Assembly (NCBI GenBank): GCA_017629275.1
Contig: JAGBXM010000060.1
Coordinates: forward strand, 1-62,395
Direction: 5' to 3'
DNA from: Clostridia bacterium
GTDB lineage: Bacteria; Bacillota; Clostridia; Oscillospirales; Acutalibacteraceae
Length of the DNA: 62,395 nucleotides
In this document: positions 1 through 9,477 of the stretch, one piece after another
Position numbering within the stretch: position 1 is the first letter of the stretch
Layout: every line of letters starts with the position of its first letter
The notes under the pieces: generated by a model
What the model was told of the DNA's origin: nothing
What the model saw: only the letters and a program-made list of their open reading frames with translations
Databases searched by the model: none
Program-made: the position numbers and the translations under genes

Positions 1-10
1 AAAACAAAAA

Positions 11-35
11 GTGAGCGTTCTGTTTGAGCGCTCAC
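11..35. terminator. Hairpin flanked by an A-run and a T-run; candidate bidirectional terminator at the left edge
   Basis: GTGAGCG (11-17) pairs with CGCTCAC (29-35). A-rich run at 1-10 and T-rich run at 41-51. Lies ~110 nt downstream of the minus-strand gene ending at 146. Confidence 0.45.
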
Positions 36-145
36 TCTGTTATTATTTTTTGATTTCTATTCCGAGGAATTCGAAGGGGTAAAGGGTTGTATCTATTTCG
101 GCATATTCGCCGTCGAGGTGGCCTTCACAGTTGACGAAGCGAACT

Positions 146-991
146 TCACAGATTCAACAGTACGACCGAGGCAATGCCTATAAGCAGGCCTATAAATTGC
201 AGCTTGTTGAGTTTTTCTTTGTATAAGAATTTCGAAAGGAAATACACAACGATGATACCGCCTGCCGAAATGAGAGGGAACATAAGCGATGCGGGGAACT
301 GACCGTTGAGTATCATTACAAAGAGGTTGACGGCACCGTTCAAAAGACCGCATACTGTGGCAGGGATAAGGCCTGCTTTTGAGCATTCTTTTAAATCTTT
401 ATGTTCAACGGCAATGGCCAATATGACCGAGGCAATAAACGAAACGATGAGCGCTACTATCATAAATTCATTTTTATAAGCCTCTTTGAAGACCTGCTGG
501 TGCATTTTTTGTGTGACCGAGCACATACCGTTGCCGACAAACGAGAGCAATGCAAAAATCAACCATTTGAAAGAGGCTTTTTCGCCTTTTTCAGGGCGGT
601 TGATGAGGTACATTGAGATTATGAGAAGTACAAGTCCGATAATGAGAAATACCGACGGCTTTTCACCGATAAAAATGCCGTAAAGCGTAGGTAAAACGAG
701 TGAATATTTAAGTACCAAAGTGGTCAAGGAGATCGAACCGGTTGCAATGGCCAAGACCGAGAAAACGTTGGCCACTATGTAGGATGCGGCGAAGCCGAGG
801 GAATAGGGCAGGAACTTTAAGTTCCAATCAAAGCCGTTACCCGTGACAATAAAAAACAAAAGCGCAACGAGGGATAAAACAGCGGTAAAAGTATAAGCAC
901 CTTTGCCGTTTAATTTATCGGTATACGGTTTTTTGACAACGCTTTGCAGCGGAATAAAAATGATGACTAAAATCAGTAGCAGATAATTCAC
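146..991 (-). CDS. Polytopic membrane transporter, DMT/EamA-like
   Basis: 281-aa ORF made almost entirely of hydrophobic helices, about 10 TM in two similar halves. Family assigned by overall resemblance only; no diagnostic motif seen. Confidence 0.5.
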   Translation of the reverse strand: MNYLLLILVIIFIPLQSVVKKPYTDKLNGKGAYTFTAVLSLVALLFFIVTGNGFDWNLKFLPYSLGFAASYIVANVFSVLAIATGSISLTTLVLKYSLVLPTLYGIFIGEKPSVFLIIGLVLLIISMYLINRPEKGEKASFKWLIFALLSFVGNGMCSVTQKMHQQVFKEAYKNEFMIVALIVSFIASVILAIAVEHKDLKECSKAGLIPATVCGLLNGAVNLFVMILNGQFPASLMFPLISAGGIIVVYFLSKFLYKEKLNKLQFIGLLIGIASVVLLNL

Positions 992-1090
992 AAGACCACC
1001 CCTGTTGCTTATTATATCTTACATAGCTCTAAAATGATAGTGCAAATTTTGTTTTGAAACACATAATTTTCTTTTTGAATATAAGAAAGC

Positions 1091-1111
1091 CCGAAAGGTT
1101 TGAACTTTCGG
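1091..1111 (-). terminator. Candidate intrinsic terminator of the CNNM/hemolysin-family gene
   Basis: CCGAAAG (1091-1097) pairs with CTTTCGG (1105-1111). On the minus strand it is followed by T-rich GCTTTCTTAT. Lies 17 nt past the stop at 1128. Confidence 0.5.
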
Positions 1112-1127
1112 ACTTTGAGTGGTTGAT

Positions 1128-2510
1128 TTAAGTATTTGCGTTTTCTTTTTCGCTGTCTTCGGCGGCTTCGTCGATTTCGGGTAAACGCTCGGCCGAAAGG
1201 CGGACGATCCTTCGCTCGTCCATTTCTTCGACGGTAAAGCAGAAGCCGTCATACTTTACGGTGGGATGTTCGCCCGAATCGGGAATTCTGCCCAAAACCG
1301 AGATCATATAACCCGCAACGGTTTCATATTCGCCGTCGGGGAATTCGATTCCCAACAGTTCTTCGACTTCGTCGATGGCCGACAGACCGTCGATATTATA
1401 GCGGTCTTCATCGACCTGCTCGATCTCTTCTTCCTCATCGTCAAATTCGTCCTGAATGTTACCGACGATCGATTCGATAAGGTCCTCGATGGTAACGATA
1501 CCTGCAACGCCGCCGTATTCATCCGAAACAATGACCATCTGTAAATGTTTTTCGGTCATTTCCGAGAAAAGGTCGCGGCACTTTTTGGACTCGGGGATAA
1601 ACATTGCTTCGCGCATAATGTCGCGCGGAGTAAGTGCTTCGGGAACCGAAGTGCCAACATACTTTAAAAGGTCTTTAACATAAAGAATACCGATTATATT
1701 ATCGAGTTCATCATCGTAAACGGGCAATCTCGAACAACCTGCAGTCATCGCCTGAGTAATGACGTTGCTGATGGCATCGTCGGCCTCGACGGCGGTAATA
1801 TCGGTTCGGTGGGTCATAACCTCGTCGGCGGTGAGATCACCAAATTCGAAAATGTTGTTGATCATTTCCTTTTCGATCTCTTCCAGAACACCGGATTCTT
1901 CGCCTTCGTCGACCATAAGAAGTATCTCGTCTTCGGTGACGGGGTTTTCTTCAATGTGGGGGTCACCGCCAACCGTTTTGACCATAATTCTTGCAAACTC
2001 GGAGGGGATAATGGTCAACGGAAACAGAATGACCTTGGCGAAAACTAAAAATCCCGACAAGGAGTTGGCCAGAGCTTCGGCATTTTGTTTGCCGATTCGT
2101 CTCGGCAAAAGTGTGCCGAATACCGAAAAGACGGCAACGGCAACGATGACGGTCACCAAAGCGGGAACGGCAACGTTAAAAAGCCAGACTTTAGTATTTT
2201 CATAGCCCGAAATCGCAAGACCGTTTTCGGCATACTGTGACAGCATGAACAGTAAGGCGCAGGCCATACCGAGCATTGAGCAAAGGGCGGTTGACACACC
2301 TGCGGTATCGGCAGGGCGGGGTCGGCCTGAAATAAGCTTTTCCAACCGACGGCTTTTTTTGTCGCCGTCTTCGGCCGCGTCGTGTATTTTCTTTTCGCTG
2401 AGTTCTCTTACGGCAGAGGTGCCGAGTGTCACAACGAAGCTGAACAAGGTCAGCAGAATGAAGGCAAGAATAAAAATTACTGTGTTAGGATCGGGTTCGG
2501 GGTCGTCCAT
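1128..2510 (-). CDS. Hemolysin-family / CNNM-type membrane protein (DUF21 TM block + CBS pair + CorC_HlyC domain)
   Basis: ORF 1128..2588, with the start moved to ATG 2510 (MDDPEPDPNTV...). N-terminal TM block, a CBS-pair region (DEVMTHRTDI...NIIGILYVKDLL) and a C-terminal transporter-associated domain (YNIDGLSAIDEVEELLGIEFPDGEYETVAGY). Confidence 0.85.
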   Translation of the reverse strand: MDDPEPDPNTVIFILAFILLTLFSFVVTLGTSAVRELSEKKIHDAAEDGDKKSRRLEKLISGRPRPADTAGVSTALCSMLGMACALLFMLSQYAENGLAISGYENTKVWLFNVAVPALVTVIVAVAVFSVFGTLLPRRIGKQNAEALANSLSGFLVFAKVILFPLTIIPSEFARIMVKTVGGDPHIEENPVTEDEILLMVDEGEESGVLEEIEKEMINNIFEFGDLTADEVMTHRTDITAVEADDAISNVITQAMTAGCSRLPVYDDELDNIIGILYVKDLLKYVGTSVPEALTPRDIMREAMFIPESKKCRDLFSEMTEKHLQMVIVSDEYGGVAGIVTIEDLIESIVGNIQDEFDDEEEEIEQVDEDRYNIDGLSAIDEVEELLGIEFPDGEYETVAGYMISVLGRIPDSGEHPTVKYDGFCFTVEEMDERRIVRLSAERLPEIDEAAEDSEKENANT

Positions 2511-2638
2511 TTTAAAAAAACTCCAATTCATAAATTTTGACGGAAACTTAAAATAAAACATAAATTTCCAAATATATAATAATAACAAAAGGATGATTTG
2601 TCAATAGGGTTGGTATTAAAAGGCGGTTGGCCGCCGTT

Positions 2639-2685
2639 CTCCTCATCCGTCACGCGTTGCGTGACACCTTCCCCGCAGGGGAAGG
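2639..2685 (+). repeat. Composite palindromic repeat module (CTCCTCATCC + variable hairpin + CCTTCCCC-loop-GGGGAAGG hairpin), copy 1
   Basis: ctcctcatcc-GTCACgcgttgcGTGAC-a-CCTTCCCCgcaGGGGAAGG. The same architecture recurs at 12903-12952 (+) and 12811-12852 (-). Confidence 0.75.
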
Positions 2686-2689
2686 CTGA

Positions 2690-2754
2690 GATTCTTCGCT
2701 ACGCCCCTTCGGCGGGGTACGCCTCAGGGCGACACTGCGGTGTCGGCTCAGAAT
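2690..2754 (+). repeat. GATTCTTCGCT...CTCAGAAT repeat unit carrying nested hairpin inserts
   Basis: The ends match the short 22-nt unit at 10355-10376. The interior holds CCCCttcggcGGGG and CGACACtgcgGTGTCG hairpins. Confidence 0.6.
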
Positions 2755-2770
2755 TACAGAACAAATTTAA

Positions 2771-2796
2771 GTAGGGGACGGCGCCCTCGACGTCCC
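2771..2796 (+). repeat. GTAG-headed hairpin (REP-like)
   Basis: GTAG followed by GGGACG-gcgccctcga-CGTCCC. A headed but hairpin-less GTAGGGGGCGG at 2821 is followed by three TTGGTG micro-repeats (2832, 2842, 2849). Confidence 0.6.
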
Positions 2797-3033
2797 GTGA
2801 AGATGGGTGAAATATATCTTGTAGGGGGCGGTTGGTGTTGATTGGTGATTGGTGAATTATTAAATGACAATTTATAAAAAAATCAAAGTATTTAAAGAAA
2901 ACTCTTTATTATTCAGAACTTTTATGTTACAATAATCTGTGTTTTTGTCGATTGTTCATTGATAGTTTACAATTATGCTTTGAACTTTTGATACAATAAA
3001 TCAAGAATTATATTTTTGTTCGGAGGAATAAGA

Positions 3034-4095
3034 ATGATACAGGTTAAAAACCTCTCCAAAAAATACGGTTCTCACGTCGCGGTGGATAATGTAAGCTTCA
3101 CCATTAACGACGGCGAGATTCTCGGATTTTTGGGCCCTAACGGTGCGGGTAAAAGTACCACAATGAATATCGTTACGGGTTATCTGTCGGCAACCGCGGG
3201 AAGCGTTTCCATCGACGGCTACGACATTCTCGAAAACCCTAACGAGGCCAAAATGCGTATAGGCTATCTGCCTGAGCAACCGCCTTTGTACCTTGATATG
3301 ACGGTCAAGGAATATCTTAATTTTATTTTTGACCTCAAAAAGGTCAAGTTCCCCAAAGGACCTCATATTGATGAGATATGCCGCCTTGTTAAGATCGACC
3401 ACGTAAAAGGCCGACTTATCAAGAACCTTTCCAAAGGTTACCGTCAGCGTGTGGGTATCGCACAGGCACTTGTCGGCAATCCCGACGTTTTGATTCTGGA
3501 CGAGCCTACCGTCGGTCTTGACCCCAAGCAGATCATTGAGATCAGAACCCTTATTACCGAGCTTGGTAAAAACCATACCGTTATTTTGAGTTCCCACATT
3601 CTGTCCGAGATTCAGGCCGTTTGTGAGCGAGTTATCGTTATCAACCACGGCAAGATCATTGCCGACGATACTCCCGGCAACCTTTCTAAAACCTTGTCCG
3701 ACGACCATACGCTTACTGCACGTATCGGCGGCCCGAGAAGTGAGGTTCTGAAGCTTCTTGCCACCGTCCCCGGTGTTAAGAACGTCACCTGCGTCGGTAT
3801 GCAGGAGAAGAACTCCAACGACTTTATTATTGAACCTGACGGTGTCACCGACGTCCGCCGTGCTATTTTCAACCGCCTTGCTGACCGCAGTTGGCCGTTG
3901 CTTTTGTTGCATTCCAACGAGATGTCGCTTGAGCAGATATTCTTAAGACTTACCGAAATGTCGGATGAGGAACAGAGAAAGATTTTCGGCAACCGTGCCG
4001 AAAATACCGAGTCGGTAGTTCAGACGGTTGAGGCCGTCGAGACCGAAGTGGAACCTGAGCTTGAGTCCGATGACAAGAAGGGAGAGGATAACTGA
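3034..4095 (+). CDS. ABC transporter ATP-binding protein (ABC-2 / GldA-like)
   Basis: Walker A GPNGAGKST, signature LSKGYRQRV, Walker B VLILDEPTVGLD. RBS GGAGG at 3022-3026 precedes ATG 3034. Acidic C-terminal tail. Confidence 0.9.
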   Translation: MIQVKNLSKKYGSHVAVDNVSFTINDGEILGFLGPNGAGKSTTMNIVTGYLSATAGSVSIDGYDILENPNEAKMRIGYLPEQPPLYLDMTVKEYLNFIFDLKKVKFPKGPHIDEICRLVKIDHVKGRLIKNLSKGYRQRVGIAQALVGNPDVLILDEPTVGLDPKQIIEIRTLITELGKNHTVILSSHILSEIQAVCERVIVINHGKIIADDTPGNLSKTLSDDHTLTARIGGPRSEVLKLLATVPGVKNVTCVGMQEKNSNDFIIEPDGVTDVRRAIFNRLADRSWPLLLLHSNEMSLEQIFLRLTEMSDEEQRKIFGNRAENTESVVQTVEAVETEVEPELESDDKKGEDN

Positions 4096-4805
4096 TGAGC
4101 GCAATATTTAAAAGAGAATTTAAAGCATATTTCACCACTCCCATCGGGTACGTATTTTTGGCTTTGATGATGTTTGCCCAAGGTATTGGATTTACATATA
4201 TGTATTCCGCGGGCAGTACCGACGTCAGCTACGTATTCGGCAACTTCTTTGCATTTGCCGCCATCTTCCTTCTCATCCCCGTTCTTACCATGAGAACTAT
4301 GAGTGAGGATCGCCGTCAGAAGGTCGACCAGGTACTTATCACTTCACCCGTCAGCCTTTATGCCATTGTTTTGGGTAAGTTTTTCGCAACCTTGGCCATC
4401 TTTATGCTTGGCTATACAATGACCTTCGTTTTCCAGGTCATCGTCGCATTCCAGGGCGTTGCCGTTAACTGGCTTATCTACGTTGGCAATATCTTAGGTG
4501 TTGCCTTTATCGGCTCGGCACTTATTGCTATGGGCGTGTTTATTTCGTCCTTGACCGAGAGTCAGCTTGTTGCCGCTATCGGTAGCTTCGCCGCCTCCAT
4601 TATCCTTTATATGATGGACTATATTGCCGACAGTATCGGCAATGCTACCGTTACCAAGGTGGTTGAGATGATCTCCTTTACGGGCCGTTATAACACCTTT
4701 GCGGCAGGTATTCTTGACTATTCCAACGCGGTATTCTTCTTGGGCTTCACCGCAATATTTGTATTCCTCACCGTGCGCGTACTTGACAAGCGCCGTTACT
4801 CTTAA
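4095..4805 (+). CDS. ABC-2 type permease (GldF-like)
   Basis: 236-aa protein with about 6 TM helices. Its ATG overlaps the upstream TGA (ATGA coupling), so it sits in an operon with the ATPase. Confidence 0.7.
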   Translation: MSAIFKREFKAYFTTPIGYVFLALMMFAQGIGFTYMYSAGSTDVSYVFGNFFAFAAIFLLIPVLTMRTMSEDRRQKVDQVLITSPVSLYAIVLGKFFATLAIFMLGYTMTFVFQVIVAFQGVAVNWLIYVGNILGVAFIGSALIAMGVFISSLTESQLVAAIGSFAASIILYMMDYIADSIGNATVTKVVEMISFTGRYNTFAAGILDYSNAVFFLGFTAIFVFLTVRVLDKRRYS

Positions 4806-4821
4806 GAAAGGGGTGTCGTAA

Positions 4822-6519
4822 ATGTTTAAGAAAAGTGATAATACAAAATCTGGCACCTCTAAGTTGCGTAACGTCATTGCATTAAAGCGCAATATCTATG
4901 CCATCATTCTTTCGGTCATTTTCATTGTTGCAACTATCGGTATCATCGCTTTGTCGACCTATTTTGCCGACAGCTATCCTCTGGAACTTGACCTTACCAC
5001 CAACAAACAGCACAGTATCAGTGACAAGAACTTCGATTACATCAAGAAGGTTGACAAGAAGATCAATCTTTACGTTACCATCACCGAGGAAGGCTATAAT
5101 TCAAGCACAGGTACCACCAACGACCTCGGTTATATCGTTGCAAAGGATAAGTTTGTTGACTTTAACCAGGATAACGTAAAATATTACCGTCAGACGGTTG
5201 AGCTTCTGAAAAAGTACGCAAACTATAACGAGAATATCAAACTGTCCTTTGTTGACACCTATGACTCAAAGGCACGTGAAATTACCGACCGATTTACCGA
5301 TTATACCTGGAACGTCGGTGATATTCTTGTTGAAAGCACCTTTAAGGTTGACGGTAAGGACGTTGTTCGTCGTGCAGTTGTTCCGTTCCAGGAGACCTAT
5401 ACCTTAGAGGACGAAAGCGGTATGGCTGCCGAAATTATGAACAACCAGTATTATATGATGATGTACGGTCAGTATGCGACCTATGGTGCAGGATACGGTT
5501 ACACCATCACCGAAAACAAGATCGAAATGATGATCTCATCGGCTATCTATCGCGTCACCTCGCCTGACACTCCGGTGTTCCTTGTACCCACCGCTTTGAG
5601 CGATGAGAAAACGGTTCAGACGGCTTTGGAGAACACCCTTGAGGTCAACAACTTTGCAGTTGAGTACAGTGATAAGGTTTTGTCGGTGCTGCTTGACCCC
5701 AAGAATTATGATAAGTATGACGGCATCATCCTTTCCAACTGTAAGGCTGATATTACCGAAAATGACCGCGAGTTGCTTGAAAAATTCCTTGACAACAATG
5801 GTAAGAAGGGCAAATCTCTCTTCTATTTTGCAGGAACCAACGCTTATAACCTCACCAACCTTTGCGGATTTTTGGGCGACTGGGGTATCGGCTTCGGTGA
5901 AGGTATTCTTTATGAGACTTCGGAGGGCTTCCACGCCACCGGCGAACCCACTATGATGTCGCTTGAGTCGACCGAATCGGATTACACCAAGAGTGCCGAC
6001 TCGTTGGGCAAGTATTACGGCGACAAGAATATGGTATATATGAAGCAGTTGTGGGAGAACAGCACTACGGCTACCTATACTCGTGAGACTGAGGCTTTGC
6101 TTAACACTGCAAGTTTCGGAATGACCACTATTATGCCGCTTAATGCAGACAAGGGTTGGAAACCTGCTGAGAACGCACAGCTTGCCAAGTTCGTTACCGC
6201 TATTCTTTCGGAGGATGGCGATACCGTTGATAACAAACTCGTTTCGAGTTACGTTATTGCTTTTGCTTCGTCTGACTTTATCGGTGAAGATTTTGCTACC
6301 GATACCTTCGCCAACCTCAACCTTGTGCTTGATACCGCGAACTTTGCGACAGGCAATACGGATGCACCCTTTAACTTTGTGCCTAAGACCATTGTTAATA
6401 CTTCATACAACACGACCGAGGCGGCCACCAAGGCTATAAGAATTATCTTTATCGCCATCGTTCCCATCATCGTTATTGCCGGCGGTATCTTTGTATGGAT
6501 CAGGAGAATAAGAAAATGA
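4822..6519 (+). CDS. GldG-like ABC-transporter auxiliary protein (N- and C-terminal TM anchors, large extracytoplasmic domain)
   Basis: 565 aa with single TM helices at both ends (IYAIILSVIFIVATIGIIAL and IIFIAIVPIIVIAGGIFVWI). Its position after an ABC-2 ATPase and permease is the classic gldAFG arrangement. Confidence 0.6.
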   Translation: MFKKSDNTKSGTSKLRNVIALKRNIYAIILSVIFIVATIGIIALSTYFADSYPLELDLTTNKQHSISDKNFDYIKKVDKKINLYVTITEEGYNSSTGTTNDLGYIVAKDKFVDFNQDNVKYYRQTVELLKKYANYNENIKLSFVDTYDSKAREITDRFTDYTWNVGDILVESTFKVDGKDVVRRAVVPFQETYTLEDESGMAAEIMNNQYYMMMYGQYATYGAGYGYTITENKIEMMISSAIYRVTSPDTPVFLVPTALSDEKTVQTALENTLEVNNFAVEYSDKVLSVLLDPKNYDKYDGIILSNCKADITENDRELLEKFLDNNGKKGKSLFYFAGTNAYNLTNLCGFLGDWGIGFGEGILYETSEGFHATGEPTMMSLESTESDYTKSADSLGKYYGDKNMVYMKQLWENSTTATYTRETEALLNTASFGMTTIMPLNADKGWKPAENAQLAKFVTAILSEDGDTVDNKLVSSYVIAFASSDFIGEDFATDTFANLNLVLDTANFATGNTDAPFNFVPKTIVNTSYNTTEAATKAIRIIFIAIVPIIVIAGGIFVWIRRIRK

Positions 6520-8321
6520 GTTTAGACCCTAAGGATAATTTGAACCCTGCTGCCGAAGAAGCGGCAGAGGTCGAGACCGAAGCTCAAGAGGCGACCGAAG
6601 CCGAGGTTAATAAGACCGAGCCCGAAGTTCAGTCGACCATATTCACAAAGCACGTATACGAAACTAAAAAACCTGCCAAAAGCGGTTGGACCCGTCGTAT
6701 TGTTGTTTGTGTCGTTGCACTTGTACTGTGTCTTGCCATAATCGGTTCGGTTATTTTGGCCGACAAGCTCTTGCCGGGCGCTTCGTCGAGCAGTGCTAAT
6801 AACTCGGGACTTGAAGAAGAAACCTACACCGTTCTTTCTTTTGAGGATATTGTAAAAGATTCCAAGGTCAAGATCGACGGTGTTGAGGCCGAGGTCGATA
6901 CCAATATTGACTCGGTTTACTTTGTCAACGGATACGATCAGTTTACGGTCAAGAACTATTTTGTCAAGGCCGAAAAAAAGGAGACCGCTTCGTCTTCTGC
7001 CTCATCTTCGACCACGTCCTCGAATGCCAAGACCTACGATTATGAGACCCGTTGGTACGTTGATGGTATTGACAAAGAACTGACCTTGTCCGATTCAATT
7101 GCCGATACTATTGAGGATTGCCTTAACGTCAAGGGCTTCAGAGAAATGAAAAACAACTTCAATTCGGTTGAAGAATATCACGAGCATTTCGGTATGAGTG
7201 ACAAGCTGACTGCGGGTGTGGTCGTTACCTTTAACGACGGCACCGAAAAGCTGGTTATCAGCGTCGGTGATGCACTTGCAACGGGCGATTCGTATTACTT
7301 TATGACCAGCCTTAGTGATACCATTTACGCTGTCAAGACCGACTATACCGAGGCTTATTTCACCTCGACCAAGTCGTTTGCCGATTCGACCGTTATCGAG
7401 AAGATCGTCAAGACTGACAAGAATTCGAAGTATTATAATTCCACCGGACAACTCGCCCGTTTTGACAAGATCAGGCTTTCGGGTGAAGTGTTCGGCGGCA
7501 AGACCTATGAATTCGGTCTTGCGACCGGTGTTTCGGCCGACTATATGCCGTATAAAATGACGGCACCGTATAAGCGTCCCGCTAACGATGCATTTATCAG
7601 TAATATACTCAAAATTGCAAGTGACGGACTTGAGGCAACGGTGCTTTACAGCTATAACACCACCGATAAGGATAATAAGGAATGCGGCTTTGATAAGCCT
7701 AAATGCGTTATCGAGTTGACCATTGACGATTACAGCTTCAAGCTGACTATCGGCGGTAACCGTGAGGATGGCACCGACAGTATGACCGCTAAGGTCGAGG
7801 GCAAACCGCAGGCTTACGGTATTGACCCCGATGATATTGCGTTCTTAATAGCCGCATCTAACGATATTACCAAGATGTTCAATCAGAACTTCATTCTTGA
7901 AGATATTTATACTATTAAGAGCTTTAAGATGGAGGTTCCCGACGGTTCGTATAAGTTTGATCTCAAGCACGTACTTCGTGAGGGTGAGGACGACGTTTAT
8001 GACACCGAGGTAAAATTGGGCAACACCGTTATGAAAACCCAGTCGTTCAAGCTTATCTATCAGCGTGTTCTGATGTTGTCGTTGCTCGAGTACGTTACCG
8101 AGGCCGAAAAGGGCAAAACGGTTTTAAAATGCACCTTCAATTATATTGAGGGCGGAGAACCCAAGGTGGTTGAATTCACCGAAAGTCCTTCCGACCGTTA
8201 TCATTACGTCGCGTGGGTCGACGGAACACCGTTGGGCGAGGTCTTAAAGACCAGCCTTGATGATATAACCACTAATCTCGAGGTTTACTTAAACGGCGGA
8301 GATGTCCCCGATACTTGGTAA
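6516..8321 (+). CDS. DUF4340-like membrane-anchored protein, fourth gene of the ABC operon
   Basis: ATG 6516 overlaps the upstream stop, with RBS AGGAG at 6502-6506 (alternative start 6495). Acidic N-terminus, one TM helix (IVVCVVALVLCLAIIGSVILA) and a large extracytoplasmic domain. The family call rests on context and architecture. Confidence 0.45.
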   Translation: MSLDPKDNLNPAAEEAAEVETEAQEATEAEVNKTEPEVQSTIFTKHVYETKKPAKSGWTRRIVVCVVALVLCLAIIGSVILADKLLPGASSSSANNSGLEEETYTVLSFEDIVKDSKVKIDGVEAEVDTNIDSVYFVNGYDQFTVKNYFVKAEKKETASSSASSSTTSSNAKTYDYETRWYVDGIDKELTLSDSIADTIEDCLNVKGFREMKNNFNSVEEYHEHFGMSDKLTAGVVVTFNDGTEKLVISVGDALATGDSYYFMTSLSDTIYAVKTDYTEAYFTSTKSFADSTVIEKIVKTDKNSKYYNSTGQLARFDKIRLSGEVFGGKTYEFGLATGVSADYMPYKMTAPYKRPANDAFISNILKIASDGLEATVLYSYNTTDKDNKECGFDKPKCVIELTIDDYSFKLTIGGNREDGTDSMTAKVEGKPQAYGIDPDDIAFLIAASNDITKMFNQNFILEDIYTIKSFKMEVPDGSYKFDLKHVLREGEDDVYDTEVKLGNTVMKTQSFKLIYQRVLMLSLLEYVTEAEKGKTVLKCTFNYIEGGEPKVVEFTESPSDRYHYVAWVDGTPLGEVLKTSLDDITTNLEVYLNGGDVPDTW

Positions 8322-8329
8322 ATTTATTG

Positions 8330-8357
8330 GCCGCATCGCTATGCGATGCGGCTTTGC
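8330..8357 (+). terminator. Intrinsic terminator of the ABC/DUF4340 operon
   Basis: GCCGCATCGC-tat-GCGATGCGGC (10-bp stem) followed by TTTGC, 9 nt after the stop codon. Confidence 0.7.
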
Positions 8358-8380
8358 TATATATAAGAGTGAATACAAAA

Positions 8381-8418
8381 GGAAACGGAACACCGAAAGG
8401 TGTTCCGTTTCCTTTTTT
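8381..8418 (+). terminator. Second, stronger tandem terminator hairpin
   Basis: GGAAACGGAACACC-gaaa-GGTGTTCCGTTTCC (14-bp stem, GAAA loop) followed by TTTTTT and preceded by AAAA. Confidence 0.7.
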
Positions 8419-8607
8419 GGGTTGTTTTGAGGAGGGTAGAGCATAGTTGCAAGAGAGTTGCGGCGCTCTCTCGAACTGTCTGTATTATAGCATTGTTGTC
8501 GTGTCGTTTTGTTGACAAACTGTGAACACTTGGTGAACTTTTGTAAATGCGGTGTATATTATTTTGTGTTCAGGGTAAAAATATTCAAAGAAAGGACGGA
8601 GAATAAA

Positions 8608-9366
8608 TTGAAACAAGAGAATAATTCAAGGTCGCGCCTCATAAAATTCTTTAACGGAAAAGCGTTTTACGTAGTGCTTTGTATCTGCTTTGTATTGATC
8701 GGTGTTGCCGCGTGGTCGGGTATGCAGATGATAAAGAATAAGGATAAAAAACCCAATATTACGTCGAGTGTCGGTTCGGGGATGATAAACACAACCTCAT
8801 CAAAGCCGACTGCTTCAGCCGATAACAATAGTTCGGGCTTTATCGACACGTCGTCGGTCGTATCTTCGAGCCGTCCGTCGGATGCTCTGACCGAGGAGGG
8901 TGAACCGCCTTCCTCAAAACCTGAGATCGACGACAGTGAACAAACGGCGGCGCCTGTTGCCAAGTTCTTTATCAACCCCGTTTTGGGTGAAATTATAAAA
9001 GATTTTTCGGACACCGAGCTGCAGTATTCTCTGACGATGAAGGATATGCGTCTGCACAATGGTGTTGATATTGCCGCTCCCATCGGCACACCTGTTATTG
9101 CGGCGGGTGAGGGAACTGTGAAAAACGTATATGAAGATATGCTGCTGGGTTGGGTGGTCGAGGTCGATCACGGTAACGGTGTTTCGGTGAAATATTGCGG
9201 ATTACAGGCCAAGCCTACCGCTAAAGAGGGAGATACTGTCAACTCGTCGACAAGACTCGGCAACGTCGGCACCGTGCCGTTTGAGTCGGTTGAGCAAAGT
9301 CATCTGCATTTGGAGTTTTATTCTGACGGCAAGGCGGTATCGCCTCTGCAATTTATTGAGCAGTAA
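8608..9366 (+). CDS. Membrane-anchored M23/LytM-family metallopeptidase (possibly SpoIIQ-like)
   Basis: LytM motifs HNGVDI (HxxxD) and SHLHLEF (HxH). One N-terminal TM helix (FYVVLCICFVLIGVAAW) and a Ser-rich linker. Likely TTG start at 8608 after RBS AGGACGGAG; the maximal ORF starts at 8509. Confidence 0.8.
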   Translation: MKQENNSRSRLIKFFNGKAFYVVLCICFVLIGVAAWSGMQMIKNKDKKPNITSSVGSGMINTTSSKPTASADNNSSGFIDTSSVVSSSRPSDALTEEGEPPSSKPEIDDSEQTAAPVAKFFINPVLGEIIKDFSDTELQYSLTMKDMRLHNGVDIAAPIGTPVIAAGEGTVKNVYEDMLLGWVVEVDHGNGVSVKYCGLQAKPTAKEGDTVNSSTRLGNVGTVPFESVEQSHLHLEFYSDGKAVSPLQFIEQ

Positions 9367-9433
9367 TATTTAAGCGCGCCCCCTACGGACAAAATTTATT
9401 TGAAATTTTGAATTTCAGGCTTGTCGGGGCAAC

Positions 9434-9466
9434 AAAAAAGCGGAAACCAAACGGTTTCCGCTTTTT
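9434..9466. terminator. Bidirectional terminator between the convergent M23 peptidase gene and yebC
   Basis: AAAAAA-GCGGAAACC-aaac-GGTTTCCGC-TTTTT (9-bp stem). Confidence 0.75.
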
Positions 9467-9477
9467 GTTATATTTAA

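Noticed and set aside
2864-2935. 23-codon ORF (MTIYKKIKVFKENSLLFRTFMLQ) upstream of the ABC operon, as a possible leader peptide
   Set aside because: It has only a weak GGTGA upstream and lies in an AT-rich promoter region, with no attenuator structure linked to it. There is nothing to support translation.
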